Positions 1 to 12,385 of a stretch of 64,000 nucleotides of DNA are shown piece by piece. The stretch spans positions 101,744,001 through 101,808,000 of the forward strand of contig NC_058373.1 of the NCBI RefSeq assembly GCF_018350175.1, read 5' to 3'. The translations under genes were made by a program, and so were the position numbers. This DNA comes from Felis catus (Eukaryota). Position 1 is the stretch's first letter, and the number at the start of each line of letters is the position of its first letter. Below the pieces are notes generated by a model. That model was not told the DNA's origin. It was given only the letters and a program-made list of their open reading frames with translations, and did no database searches.

Positions 1-56
1 GAGCCAGAATCAGAGACCAAGGCTATTTAGCCAAGAACAGTGCTCCAAACCATGTA

Positions 57-59
<3 letters not shown>

Positions 60-96
<37 letters not shown>

Positions 97-320
97 GTTT
101 ATTTATTTTTGAGAGAGAGAGAGACAGACAGAGAGAGAGAGAGAGAGAGAGAATGTGAGTGGGGGAGGAGCAGAGAGAGAGAGGGAGACACAGAATCCGA
201 AGCAGGCTCCAGGCTCTGAGCTGTCAGTACAGAGCTGACATGGGGCTCAAACTCACGTACCGCGAGATCGTGACCTGAAACAAAGTCGGACGCTTAACCG
301 ACTGAGCCATCCAGGTGCCC
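60..320 (-). mobile_element. Can-SINE
   Basis: tRNA-derived head, (CT)n tract, A-rich tail; TSD AACC(A/G)TGTACTT. Confidence 0.92.
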
Positions 321-1272
321 TTCGAACCGTGTACTTTTGATCTAGTAAGTCCAGTGCCACCGAGCACCAGATACCGCACTTTCCACTAACAGGTGTAGAA
401 GACCTTCTATTGCTGCCCTTGAACTTGATACTGCTGCAACTGCCATAAGCAAGGGAAAAAATCATACAGGTGGCACACAGTAAGTCCTATGTAAGTGTTT
501 AATAAATAGGTAAAATGATATAATTTGTAGGTCTGCTTATAATTTACTTTTTCCACTTAATCAGGTTTACTCAAATTGTAATGTTTTTTTATGCTGAAAG
601 CAAATAAATGAATGAGGACGTTGCTATTAAGCTCTTCATGTTTTGAAATCCCCATTCTTTCCCTAGGATATTTTGCATATCACATGGGACATTAACTGTA
701 TGACAAGAACATATATTAATGTTGTCAGTATGTATATTAATATTAGTAAGGCTTGATTTCTCTTTAATATTTTTTCCTACTGCAGTGGTCATCTTGTGGA
801 CCCCATGAGTTAGGTGTGTCCACTTTCAGAGACAGCTCTGCTCTGAAGGTTGTATATATCCACTTTTGGAGACAGCACTACTGTTTCTTGTCATTAGGAT
901 TACATATGCTGTTAGAGTGGTAGGTTACCAATAGTGAATGATATTTCAGTTTTTAAGATGTATGTGAGAGAAGTCTTTAAGTCACACACTCAAAATGAAC
1001 TTGATAATTTCTAAGTATAAATGTGTAAATAATAAAGAGTTTACTGATGGTGCTTCAAAATTGTGTAGATGTGGAAGTTTTTATATCACTTGTTTAGGGA
1101 CCAGTTCCTTCATTCACAGGCACATACCCTTTAATGAGTTCCTTTTATGACAGACATCACCTTGGCCAGCATCCAAAAGGAAGCTTTTGTTATTCACTGT
1201 GTACCATTGTATTAGAAATTACATTAGGTAATTTTCTTCTCTTTGTCTTCTTTTCTTCTTTGTTTTCTACAG

Positions 1273-1450
1273 CTGGCATAACTTTGACAACAGATTGCCT
1301 TGAAGATAGCCTCCTTACATGCTATTGGGGGTGCAGTGTTCAAAAATTCTATGAAGCTCTACAGAAGCACTTTTATTGCTTCCGAATAAGCACTCCCCAA
1401 GCACTGGAAGATGCTCTGTATAGTGAATATCTTTATCAAGAACAGTATTT
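1273..1450 (+). CDS. CGRRF1: CGRRF1 internal coding exon (178 nt, probably exon 3)
   Basis: Encodes GITLTTDCLEDSLLTCYWGCSVQKFYEALQKHFYCFRISTPQALEDALYSEYLYQEQY, recognised as CGRRF1; polypyrimidine tract plus AG at 1271-1272; ends phase 2 at GTATCCTTT. Confidence 0.95.
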
Positions 1451-1854
1451 GTATCCTTTTATCTGATATATCCATTGACAAATGAAAATTTTATTTTATT
1501 TTTTTTAATTTTATTAAAAAAAATTTTTTTAACCTTTATTTATTTTTGAAAAAGACCGAGTGTGAGTGGGGGAGGGGCAGAGAGAGAGGGAGACACAGAA
1601 TCTGAAGCAGGCTCCAGGCTCCAAGCTGTCAGCACAGAGCCAGATGCCGGGCTCAAACTCACAAACTGTGATATCATGACCTGAGCCGAAGGCCGATGCT
1701 TAACCGACAGAGCCACCCAGGCACCTCGACAAATGAAAATTTTAGACATTAGACTTTTTATGGATAAAATAAATTATTTGCTAAGTTACTGTTACCTTTG
1801 GTGTATTACTGTATTTTTGGTTACAGTGGCAATTTACCTTTACATTTCAAAAAG
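1451..1854 (+). other. CGRRF1: U12-type (minor spliceosome) GT-AG intron of CGRRF1
   Basis: 5' site GTATCCTTT; branch-like TTTACCTTTAC at 1833-1843 with A1842 12 nt before the final G; no polypyrimidine tract (TTTCAAAAAG); splicing restores QY-F-IKK in frame. Confidence 0.88.
1494..1727 (-). mobile_element. Can-SINE inside the U12 intron
   Basis: Perfect 17-bp TSD GACAAATGAAAATTTTA at 1477 and 1728. Confidence 0.95.
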
Positions 1855-2002
1855 TATTAAAAAGGACAGCAAAGAAGAAATATATTGCCAGTTACCAAGA
1901 GATACTAAAATTGAAGACTTTGGTTCTGTGCCCAGATCTCGCTATCCATTGGTAGCACTGTTGACCCTAGCTGATGAGGATGACCGAGAAATTTATGATA
2001 TT
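1855..2002 (+). CDS. CGRRF1: CGRRF1 coding exon (148 nt, probably exon 4)
   Basis: Encodes IKKDSKEEIYCQLPRDTKIEDFGSVPRSRYPLVALLTLADEDDREIYDI; donor GTAAGT at 2003. Confidence 0.95.
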
Positions 2003-3831
2003 GTAAGTAATTTTAAAATTCTGGAAAAATTCCTTCGAGTGATTTGGATGATAGGTAATAATTATTTGGCAAATAAAAAAAAGTTTTCTTGTAATTCTTG
2101 AGGACATACATTTGGCCCAGATATATTTTTCTTGAAAAAGGAATCCATGGGAAATACAGTTGTATGATTTTTATACATATAACAGCTCCTTCGGAGTATG
2201 ACTTTTTTTTCTCCATATGTTACAAGAATATGATATTATTTAAAAAACAAAAGGTATATTGTAGTTGGCTAGATTTTGGGAAGCATGTTTATTTTTAACA
2301 TTTTTAACACTGAGTAAATAAGCATTGGAATCATCTGCAGTGCTCAGTTTTAAGAGTGTTCCCTCTTTTCTTTACATGCTTACAGTCACCTTGTTTCCGT
2401 CTTAGCCCCTGCCACATCTGCATCCTCTATGTGTTTGGTTCCTATATTTTCAGTAATCTCCATTTCTCAGTATGTGCCAATTATTTCTTTAGTCTGGTAG
2501 TTTGTCCCTATTAGGAAGATAAAATCATCTTAGAGATCTAAGAGGACCTGAGCCCTGACATTCCTCTAAGTATAGTAGAGGCTTATACATGAAGTAAACT
2601 TTTGGTGAAATCCTTTCATGGTAAGAATGCCCTTATACACAATTTACTACTTTTCTGAAGTGCATGATACAGATATGTTTATTAATAAAGATATGGTAAC
2701 ATTTTATGATGCTTTCTAAAGTACACAATATATTCGCTAACATTAACTCATTTACTTCTTCCCACAACCTTGTGTGTTAGGACCAATATTCTTTTTATAA
2801 AGACTGAAATAGAGTCTGAAGAAAAATCTAGTCATTCAGGAAGAGATGGAACCAGGGCTTGATGTAATAAGCCTTTGTAGTCCTGTGCCAAGTGCCTTTA
2901 AAAAAAATTTTTTTAAGGAATATCTCCTCGAAACAAGTGTACATTTTCTTGCATTTGGAAGGTGCAGACCCCTATTGAGAAATCTAGACCCTGCTCATAC
3001 AGTTTGGGTTTTTAGCCTTACCAACTTGAAGTTCCATTGAACCGAAGTCAGTTTGGTTTTTCTAAACTAGTCATACTAATAGTGGTGTGTTTCCAGAACC
3101 TAATAATACACTGCACGGAACACAGTAGGTGCTCACTAAACTTGATGAGTGGGGGGGTGGGGGGTGGGGGAACACCATACCAAGCAATGTTGGTGAACCT
3201 CATGGAGCTTGACAGCAGGTCAGTTGAATGTGCACGAGGAGTGAGGAGTGCATAGGAGAGATCCTCTGGTTTCCACCCCTTCTGCCCTTCACCCCCAGCC
3301 CCCCACCCCTTTCCAGTTGAAGGTGAATAAGAACTGTCAGGTTGGTGTTTCATATTTCCAGCCTCTGTTCTTTATCCTGCCCACCCCAGCAAGGTAACCC
3401 TTCCGTCACCACTGTGCCTCCCATGTCTTCTCTGCTCCCCTACTTCCTTCCACTCATTCAGAACAGATAGGGTCAGATCTGTCACCTTCCTCCCAGCTTC
3501 TCCTTTTGGTTTCTTTTCCCCTCACTGAGGGGAAAACCTAGCGAACCTATCTGTTTAAGGTATTCAGTGTCTTCTTTGTTTTCTAACTTTCTTCCTCAGT
3601 CTAGACAGAGGAGAGTGTGTATGTGTTAAAATGTATATAACATAAAACTTACTGTTTTAATCACTTTCCAGTGTACAGGTCAATGGCATTATAAACAGGG
3701 AAAGATTTGCTATCAGGTCCCTGATCCAACTGGAATGAAACCTATGTGGCCCAGCTGTACATGTGGGAAGCTCATTCCCACAGGGGAGCCGGTGTCCGGC
3801 CCTCAAGGGTTAATAGGCATTTTCTTTTTAC

Positions 3832-4035
3832 TTTTGTTTATTTTTTCAATGTTTATTTATTTATTTTGAGAGAGAGACAGTGTGAGCAGGGGAGGGACAG
3901 AGAGAGAATCCCGAGCGGGCTCTGCACTGTCAGTGCAGACTCTGATATGGGGCTTGAACTCATAAATCATGAGATAATGACCTGAGCTCAAATCAAGAGT
4001 CAAACCCTTAACCAAGTGAACCACCCAGGTGCCCC
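3832..4035 (-). mobile_element. Can-SINE
   Basis: Head, CT tract and tail recognisable. Confidence 0.9.
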
Positions 4036-5344
4036 ACTTTTCCTTTTAAAGTCTCCCTGCCTGGGACCTCCCCTGGGTCTTTTCTTCTTCTCAGGCTCCC
4101 TCCCCTTTGTCCTGTTAATCTTGCTTCTTATCTCTCAGATTGGGCCTAATATTGGAACTAAAGCATATTTGTTAGCATAGTATGTATTAATGTTGTCTGT
4201 TCTTAATTTTAAAAGCAAACCAAACATTTGGTTTTTCAATATTTTATCTGGGGGTGAGAGTAAATATATATATAACTCTACCATTCCTATTGTAACAGTA
4301 AAAATTACATTTTGACAATGTAGTCAGTTATTTTAGGTAGATTAAGGAAAGCAGGGTTGTTACTGCAAAATTTTGACTTTGAAATTTTTTTCATTTTTAC
4401 TCAATTATATTAAATTTCTGTATTACTCAAATAATATATGTTTGTGGCAGGAAATAGAATTAGAAAATCTAAGCCAGAAGGAAAAAAGCATAATCTCCTA
4501 TATTGTGTCATCCAAAGTTAACCACTGTGAATATTTGTCTGTATCTTTGCAGACCTTTATATATGTAATTTTTAAACAAAAACAAAAAATTATATGTACT
4601 ATTCTGAGACATGTTTTCATTTAGTATATTTTGAGCACTTTTCCATACCAGATTTATATCTATAGCTACATATGTATTTATAACTCACATGATAGTAGCT
4701 TCTGAAGCTTTTAGTATTAAATCCAATGGCAGGATTGTTCATGTGAGATGATAACATTCTACCAATCCTGTCATTTTGATTCAGTATTGCAAGCTTCTGA
4801 AACCATTAACCAAATTATGAAATCCTGATAGAGCTATAAACAATATTATATGTTTACAGCCATAGAAGGGTTCTGTTTTTAAACTTTTTCTTTGGATATA
4901 ATTTCAGAAACTTGCAAAAACAAAGAAGCAGAACAACAGCCCTATACCTTTTACCGAGACCTCCTATTGTTAATTATTAACATTTGCACTGTTTGCACCA
5001 TTACTTGTCTATGTGTGTGTATTTTCTTAAATGAATTGAGAAGTTGTATGAATGATTCTTTACCCTAAATATTTTAGTGTGTATTTCCCAATAATAGGAA
5101 TGTTCTCTTATATAAACACAACATAGTTATCAACTTTATAAATCTGACAGTGATAAAATATTTGATCCAACCTATTACCTATATTCCAGTACGTCAGTGG
5201 GTTTAGCAGTCTTCTTTACAGCATGTTTTTCCCACCAGTACAGGTTCTAGTCTGGAGTCAGATACTGTTTATCATGTGTCTTTAACCTCTTTTAATCTAG
5301 AACTATTTTCATAGCCTGTTTGTCTTTTACAACAATAGTATTTT

Positions 5345-5568
5345 TAAAAAATGTTTACTTATTTATTTTGAGAGAAAAAGAGAGAGAGTGTGTGCATGCA
5401 TGGCATGGGATCAGGGGAGGGGCTTAGAGAAGAAGGGAAAAGATCTTAAGCAGGCTCCACCCTGTCAGTGCAGAGCTGGACAAGCAGCTGGATCTCTTGA
5501 ACCCTAAGGTCATGACCCCAGCCGAAACCAAGAGTCATGTTTAACCAGCTGAGCCACCCATGCAACTC
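5345..5568 (-). mobile_element. Can-SINE (diverged)
   Basis: Head and tail recognisable. Confidence 0.88.
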
Positions 5569-6922
5569 ATGACATTAGCATTTTTGAAGAGTATAGTCAC
5601 ATGCACCCTTTTTGTAAAATAGTACAGTTCTCATTTTGTGTGTCTGATGTTTCATCATGATTAGATTGGAGTTGTGCATTTTCAGACAGTCTACTTCACG
5701 GGTGATGATGTGTGCTTTTCAGGGTGGCACCTTTCCAGGCATGGGCAGTTCTTTCCCCTCATTGTTGATTTCATTTTGATCTCTTGGCAAGGTGTTATTT
5801 AATTTCTCCTCTCTTCCAATTTTTTCCCCTCTCTTGCAAATAGTAAGCAGTTGGTGTGGGAGGGGCACTTTTAAGACCATGCAAATATTCCAGTTTTTAT
5901 GAGAATTTCCCCATGGATATAATATCCATTGATAATTCTTACCAGATTTTATCTTTACTATCATGGTTGCAAAAATGATTGTTTTCCAACTCCAGCCCTT
6001 CAATCAGCCCTCAGTATTCTACTATAAGCAAGAGACCTCCCATTTATTTATTTATTATCCATAAACCCTCAGGAATTCCTTTTTTCCCCCAGTGGTTTAT
6101 AATTCATTACTGAATTTAATTATTTTGGTGCTCAACTGCCCTCTCCTTACTTTCTGCCTGAAGATTTATAGTCAAACTCTGTGTCCATAAATTACTCAGA
6201 TTAGTTATCCTAAAAGTCAAAAAATACTGTATAAATTAGAGGTGTACTCAGGTGTTGCTCTCATTCCTTCCTCCCATTCTTATACACCCCAATTCTTATA
6301 GATAACCAAGTTCATTGTTTTCTCATTTATCCCTTCTATGTTTCTGATTGTAATAATGAGAAGATACACATGTATATATTTTTTCTTATTTTCTCTCTTA
6401 CTCAAAAGGTATCACACTTTATATATTAAACATGTTCCTGCTTTTTTTACTTCATAATATCTCCTGGAAACCACTCCAGATCAGTTCATAGAACACTTCC
6501 TCACTTTGTTTTTCAGAGCTGCATAGCACTCCATTGTATGCAGGATGTATGGGTACCACAGTTATTTAGCCAATCTCCTGTAGTTGGACATTCAGATAAT
6601 TTCCAGTATTGTGCAATAACAAATAATCTTGCATTGAATAATCTGTGCATATGTATTTTCATATTGTTGAGGTTGTGTGGTTGGAGGGTAAGGGTATGCC
6701 ATTTTGTTACATATTGCCAAATTCCCCTCCATTGGGATTATACCCTTGGAATTGTACCTTTTTTTTTCTTTTTTATACATTCCACTGGCAATATATGAGA
6801 GTAACTATTTCTTCATAGAGTATATTAACAAACAGTTGAAATCTATTAATCCAATGAGTGAGAAGTGATATCTCAGTGGTTTTAATTTGTATTTTGTCAT
6901 ATTGTGAGTGAAATTGAAGATC

Positions 6923-7034
6923 TTTTTTTTTTTTTTTAGTTTATTTATTTTGAGAGCAAGAGAAAGAGAGCTTGAGCATGAGTGGAGGAGGGGGAAAGAG
7001 AGGGAGAGATGGAATCTCTAGCCAATTCCACACC
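6923..7034 (-). mobile_element. 5'-truncated Can-SINE
   Basis: Tail and CT tract only. Confidence 0.8.
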
Positions 7035-7960
7035 ATCATCTTTTAATATGGCTAAGGACCATATTTATATTTTTTGAGTGAACTGTCTATTCATATTTTT
7101 TGCCCATTTTTAATGGGATTGTTGGTTACTTTTTATCAGTATTTAAAAGTTCTTCATAAATTAGGGGTATTGTAAATATTATTCCAGTTCTTCAGATGTC
7201 TTTTGACCTTGCTTTTTGGTATACAAGTTTTCAATTTTTATACAGTCAAGTGCGTCTGCCTCTGGGTCTGTGTCATAGTTAGAAAGTCTTTCACTACACC
7301 GAGAATAAAAAGGAATTCACATTTTTTCTTCCAGTGCTTGCACAGTTTTTTTTTTCTTTTGTACAATTAGATTTCTTATGCTTTTGGAGTTTATGTATGA
7401 TTATGAGAAATGCATATAATTTTATATTTTTCCAAACCGCTGTCCAGTTGTCCCAGTACTTTTCATTAAAAAGACTATTTGCCCAATGATTTCAGATCCC
7501 ACCTTTATCATACTTGTATAGAAAGTTGGGTCTGTTTCTGAACTGTTCTGTTCTAGCCACCTGTCTGTTCATGTGCCTTTTATTTTAGTTTTAGAGGCTT
7601 TGTAGTATGTTTTAATATCTGACTGGGCTCAGTCCTCCCCACAGCTTTCTTTTCAGTATTTTCCTAGCTATACTTATGTATTATTTTTCAATGAGAATTT
7701 TTGAGTTAACTCATATAACTATGAAAAAGCTCATTGGTATTTTTGTTGGGATGGCATTAAATTTATAATTTTGAATATAACTAAAAATAACTCTGGCAAA
7801 AATATTGCCACTATTGAACTATTGTTCAGTAATTGATCCTTTTTAATGACTGTGATTTAAATAAAATATTGTAAGTTTTCCAATTTGTCAACCTTTTATT
7901 TTTATTTCATATGTCTATGAAATAATGTAAGTACTGACTGGTATTTCATTTTTATTTTAG

Positions 7961-8068
7961 ATTTCCATGGTATCAGTAATTCATATTCCTGATAAGACTT
8001 ATAAACTTTCCTGTAGAATATTATATCAATATTTACTCCTGGCTCAAGGTCAATTTCATGATCTTAAG
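7961..8068 (+). CDS. CGRRF1: CGRRF1 coding exon (108 nt, probably exon 5)
   Basis: ttttattttag acceptor; ISMVSVIHIPDKTYKLSCRILYQYLLLAQGQFHDLK; AAG|GTAAGT donor; phase 0-0. Confidence 0.95.
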
Positions 8069-8285
8069 GTAAGTACCCTGTCATCTTTCTCTGTCCCTTT
8101 TGTTTGCAGAGTTTCAAAGAATGACTATTTAGAAAGAGATAATGTTTCTCAGTTAGTCACAGAGTTAGCTGTTGTTTGCTACTGGGTTTGCTAACTTACA
8201 AATTTTTAGCAGCTTTTATGACTCCCAGATTTAAAAGGTAATTGTCGTTTGTGTTTATCCTTAAACTTGTTTCTTTGGTTTCCAG

Positions 8286-8606
8286 CAACTTTTCATGTCT
8301 GCAAATAGTAACTCCAATCCCTCCAGCAATTCCTCTCCAGGAGAAAAAAGCACAGACCGGAGTTTGCTAGAAAAGGCTGGACTGTCTGAAAGTGAAGTGG
8401 AGCCCCCTGAGGAGAATAGCAAGGACTGTGTTGTTTGCCAGAATGGGACTGTGAACTGGGTGCTTCTGCCGTGTAGACACACGTGCTTGTGTGATGGCTG
8501 TGTTAGGTATTTTCAGCAGTGCCCTATGTGCAGGCAATTTGTGCAGGAATCTTTTGCACTTTGCAGTCAGAAGGAGCAAGAGAAAGACAAACTGAAAGCT
8601 CTTTGA
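8286..8606 (+). CDS. CGRRF1: CGRRF1 last coding exon with C3HC4 RING finger
   Basis: tttccag acceptor; QLFMSANS...CVVCQNGTVNWVLLPCRHTCLCDGCVRYFQQCPMCR...KLKAL then TGA 8604-8606. Confidence 0.96.
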   Translation, partial: QLFMSANSNSNPSSNSSPGEKSTDRSLLEKAGLSESEVEPPEENSKDCVVCQNGTVNWVLLPCRHTCLCDGCVRYFQQCPMCRQFVQESFALCSQKEQEKDKLKAL

Positions 8607-8835
8607 GAGTATTGTTAAAACTGAAAAATACACCTTCCACTGAAGATGTCGAATTTGTGTTCTTGGAATTTATTGTCACGTGGAATCTACAGTATTGACC
8701 ATCAATGAAAATTCTATTTTAACTTCACATTTGTATGGTACATGGATGATGAAATTAATTCCTTCCTGTTCACTATGGTAAATACTGGAATACCATCTGT
8801 GTTGATAACATAAAAATTCATTCAACTCTTGAGAA
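8607..8835 (+). other. CGRRF1: CGRRF1 proximal 3' UTR, end uncertain
   Basis: AT-rich sequence after the stop; variant signal CATAAA at 8809-8814; canonical AATAAA only further on (about 9618 and 9809). Confidence 0.45.
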
Positions 8836-10164
8836 GAATGTAAATGTTTGGCCTTTTATCAGCTAGAAGGTTTCACATAATGTTGATTGGGAAAATTCTT
8901 AAAAGCAATTCATCTAAAATTTGAGGAGGTAAATGCCTCAAGATTTCTGGATGTTCTGCCTTTGACATAATCTGGAGTAGAATTTGGGAAAAATTGAATT
9001 CTTCCTAAAGTAATTGTATGTTCCCCATTTTATAAAGGAGTAGGACAGGGCTCCCAACTTTAAAACTTTTCCAAAAATAACAGTTTTTATAAATATCCAT
9101 GTAATGGTTTTTAATTTTCCTTATAGTCACATAAACACAAGTCTTAATTTTAATATAGCTTCTTAAATCATAAATGCAAGATACAATTCTTGACTATTCT
9201 CAGTATATCATAGATTAAAATGATACTCATCTGTAGGAGGCAGATATATGAAACATATAATAAAATTTCTTGGCTAATTAAATGTATTGTCAAATATGAT
9301 TAGGTTAGCAGAATGTGACCTATCAGGGAAGATCTGTGAGACTCGTAATGCCTTACCTTAGATTTCCTCCCGCATAGCAAATCCATCCAAAACTGGAGAG
9401 GTTTTGGATCCAGAAAAACTGCTAAGAGAAACAAATAACTATTTTTTTCTAGCGTATTTTTATTCCACATAAACCCATATCTTTCAGAACAGTCACATGA
9501 TAGGCAAAAAGCCCCATCCCCCATGCTTTCCAAGATGACGAAGAAAAAGGTAAATCAGAACTTTCTGTGTCTTCAGGGGAAATTATCTTCGGTTCACTAA
9601 GAAATTAGATCACGGCAAATAAACTGAACTTCAGGGAGATTTTCAAGACTTTTTTGTCCTGTTTGTATTAGAATAATGCCTTATCTTTGTATCAGTGTTT
9701 TTACATAATGTCATTTCATTTTAATCAAATACAACACTCTGAAAAAGACATTACCTATTCTCCATTGTATACACCAAATCAAACTTTCGTCTCTGTTCAA
9801 TAGCTATGTAATAAATACGTTCTAGGGGCCAGATTCCTTTGGGGGTCTGGGCTACAAAGAATCAGGCAAGACTTCTGGCCCCTAAGTATTTGTGCCTCCA
9901 AGGAGCATTGACAGCATATCCCACCTCAGAAATTCCTTGAGCTCTGTTCCAACGGTACCACTGGAAGGAGGGCCATTAAAAGTCTGCCGCAGTCAGCTAG
10001 CAACAGTTCATCGGGGAAACTCACTTGGGTGAAAATTGGGGAATTCCTCAGAGATCATTTTGCCCATGTCAGCCGTCCTGTTTCTCTTCACAGATCTGTC
10101 CAGGACATAGTTGCTTTCTCATATGCGATGGATTCCACCTGCAGTCTTCCTCCATTCCTCATAA

Positions 10165-10740
10165 TTTTTTTATTGTAGTAAAATATACATAACAGAAAAT
10201 TTACCATTTTAACTATTTTTTTTAATGTTTATTTATTTCTGAGAGAGTGAGCACAAGCGGGGAAGAGGCAGAGAGAAAAGAGGATCCGAAGCAGGCTCTG
10301 CGCTGATAGCAGAGAGCCCGACGTGGGGCTCGAACTCACAAAGTGGGAGGAGATGACCTGAGCCGAAGTCATGCTTAACCGGCTGAGCAACCCAGGCACC
10401 CCCCATTTTAACTATTTTTAAGTGTACAGTTCAGTGACCTTAAGTATATTCACATTGTTGTGTGACCATCATCAGTATCCATCTTCAGAATTTTTTTATC
10501 ATACGAAACTGAAATTCTATACCCATTAAATACTGACACCCCATGCCCTCTCTTTTCAGCCTTTGACTATTGGAGGTACTTCATATATATGGAATTACAC
10601 AATATTTGTCCTTTTGTGTCTGACATTTCACTGGGTATAATGTCTTCAAGTTCATCTGTGCTATGGCATATATCAGAATTTCCTTCATTTTTAAGGCTAA
10701 TATTCCGTTGTATGTATATACCACATTTTGTTTAGGTATT
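10165..10740 (-). mobile_element. LINE-1 3' end fragment
   Basis: tttaagtgtacagttcagtg...cacattgttgtg and tatataccacattttg motifs. Confidence 0.8.
10216..10402 (-). mobile_element. Can-SINE nested in L1
   Basis: TSD CCATTTTTAACTATTTTT. Confidence 0.92.
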
Positions 10741-11086
10741 CACCCATCATTTTTTATAATTCTTAAAGATGATTTGCCCTTATCTCCTCTTGCTGTGACT
10801 AAAGTAATTGATTTTCCTGCCCTTGGTAGTAATAAATATGAATAATTTGGTAGGTAATCAAGTAAAAACGAGTGCACTGACACCTAAAGGCTTATTTCAG
10901 CATTTTCCAGTAGCAGTGAATAAGTGACATTTTGTGGGAATATCTATAAAAGCATTGTATTTGATGCGTTGTTAGAGAAAGTATTTGGCTTATATAGATT
11001 AGTGACTACTTTCCAAAGATATATAAAATTTATCATCCTAACCATTTTTAAATGTACAGTTTAGTAGTGTTAAGTATATTTGCATT

Positions 11087-11316
11087 CTTTTTTTTTTTAA
11101 CTTTTTTTAAAATGTTTATTTTTAAGAGAGAGACAGAAGGAGATAGAACATGAGCAGAGGAGGGACAGAGAGAGAAAGGGAGACACAGAATCCGAAGCGG
11201 CTCCAGGCTCTGAGCTGTCGGCACAGAGCCTGATGCAGGGCTCGAACTCACGAGCTGTGAGATCATGACCTGAGCTGAAGTCGGACTCCCAACCCACTGA
11301 GCCACCCAGGTGCCCC
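11087..11316 (-). mobile_element. Can-SINE
   Basis: TSD AAGTATATTTGCATTCTT. Confidence 0.94.
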
Positions 11317-11676
11317 AAGTATATTTGCATTCTTGTGCAACAAATCTCCAGAACTTTTTTATCTTGCAAAAATAAAACTATACTCATCATTAAACTGTAC
11401 CTCTCCTCACTATAGCCTACCACCATTCACAGTATAATTGTGGTTTTGATTTGCATTTCCCTAATGGCTTAATGATGTTGAGCATCTTTTCAAATGTTTA
11501 TTGGCCATTTGTATACCTATTCAGATCCTTTGCCCATTGGGTTGACTTTTTATTATTGGCTTATAAAAGCTTATATTCTAGATGGAAGTCTTTTATCAGA
11601 TACATGATTTACAAATATTCTCCATTCTTTGGGCTGTCTTTTCACCTTCTTGATGGTGTCCTTTGAAGCACAAAAG

Positions 11677-11909
11677 TTTTTGTTTTTTTTTTTTTCTGTT
11701 TAACATTTTTATTTATTTTTGAAAGAGAGAGAGAGAGACAGAGTGTGAGCGGGGGAGGGGCAGAGAGAGGGAGACACATCTGAATCTGAAGCAGGCTCCA
11801 GGCTCTGAGCTGTCAGCACAGAGCCTGAAGCAGGGCTTGAACCCACAAACTATGAGATCATGACCTGAGCTGGTTGGATGCTCAACCGACTGAGCCACCC
11901 AGGCTCCCC
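11677..11909 (-). mobile_element. Can-SINE
   Basis: TSD AAGCA(C/T)AAAAGTTTT. Confidence 0.93.
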
Positions 11910-12135
11910 AAAGCATAAAAGTTTTTAACTCTGATGAAGTGCGACGTATCTATTCTTTCTCTTGTTACTTGTGCTTTTGTTGTCATAACTAAGAAGACTT
12001 GGCCCAAGTTAAGGTCACAAAGATTTACTCATATTTCGTTCCAAGGATTTTACCATTTAGTTCTATGATTAATTTTGAGTTAAATTTTATATATAGCGTG
12101 AGGGACGGGGTTCAGCTACATTCTTTTGCAGGTAG

Positions 12136-12385
12136 ATCCTCAACAAATACTAACAAACTGAATTCAACAATAGGTAAAACAAACCCCATGATCACATGAA
12201 ATTTATTCCAGGGATGTAAGGATGTTTCAATATGTGCAAATCAATGTGACATGCCACATTCACAAATGAGGGATAAAAATAATAAGATCATCTTAATAAA
12301 TGCAGAAAAAGCACTTGACAAAATCCAACATCCATTCATGATAAAAACTCTCCACAAACAGTATAGAGGTAAGGTATCTCAACAC
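12136..12385 (+). mobile_element. LINE-1 ORF2 reverse-transcriptase fragment
   Basis: gcagaaaaagcacttgacaaaatccaacatccattcatgataaaaactctc = [17 protein letters not shown]. Confidence 0.88.

Larger units (their letters stand above)
4880..7770 (-). mobile_element. Old fragmented LINE-1 (L1M-type 3' end and ORF2 remnants), interrupted by SINEs
   Basis: Antisense L1 motifs such as atatttccagttgtcccag-like and ttggtatttttgttgggatggcattaaattt. Confidence 0.65.
11030..12135 (-). mobile_element. LINE-1 3' UTR / ORF2 C-terminal fragment
   Basis: gttttgatttgcatttccctaatg...gatgttgagcatcttttc motif; interrupted by two SINEs. Confidence 0.85.

Noticed and set aside
8258..8266. TCCTTAAAC resembling a U12 branch site in the last CGRRF1 intron
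   Set aside because: The donor is U2-type GTAAGT and a normal pyrimidine tract is present
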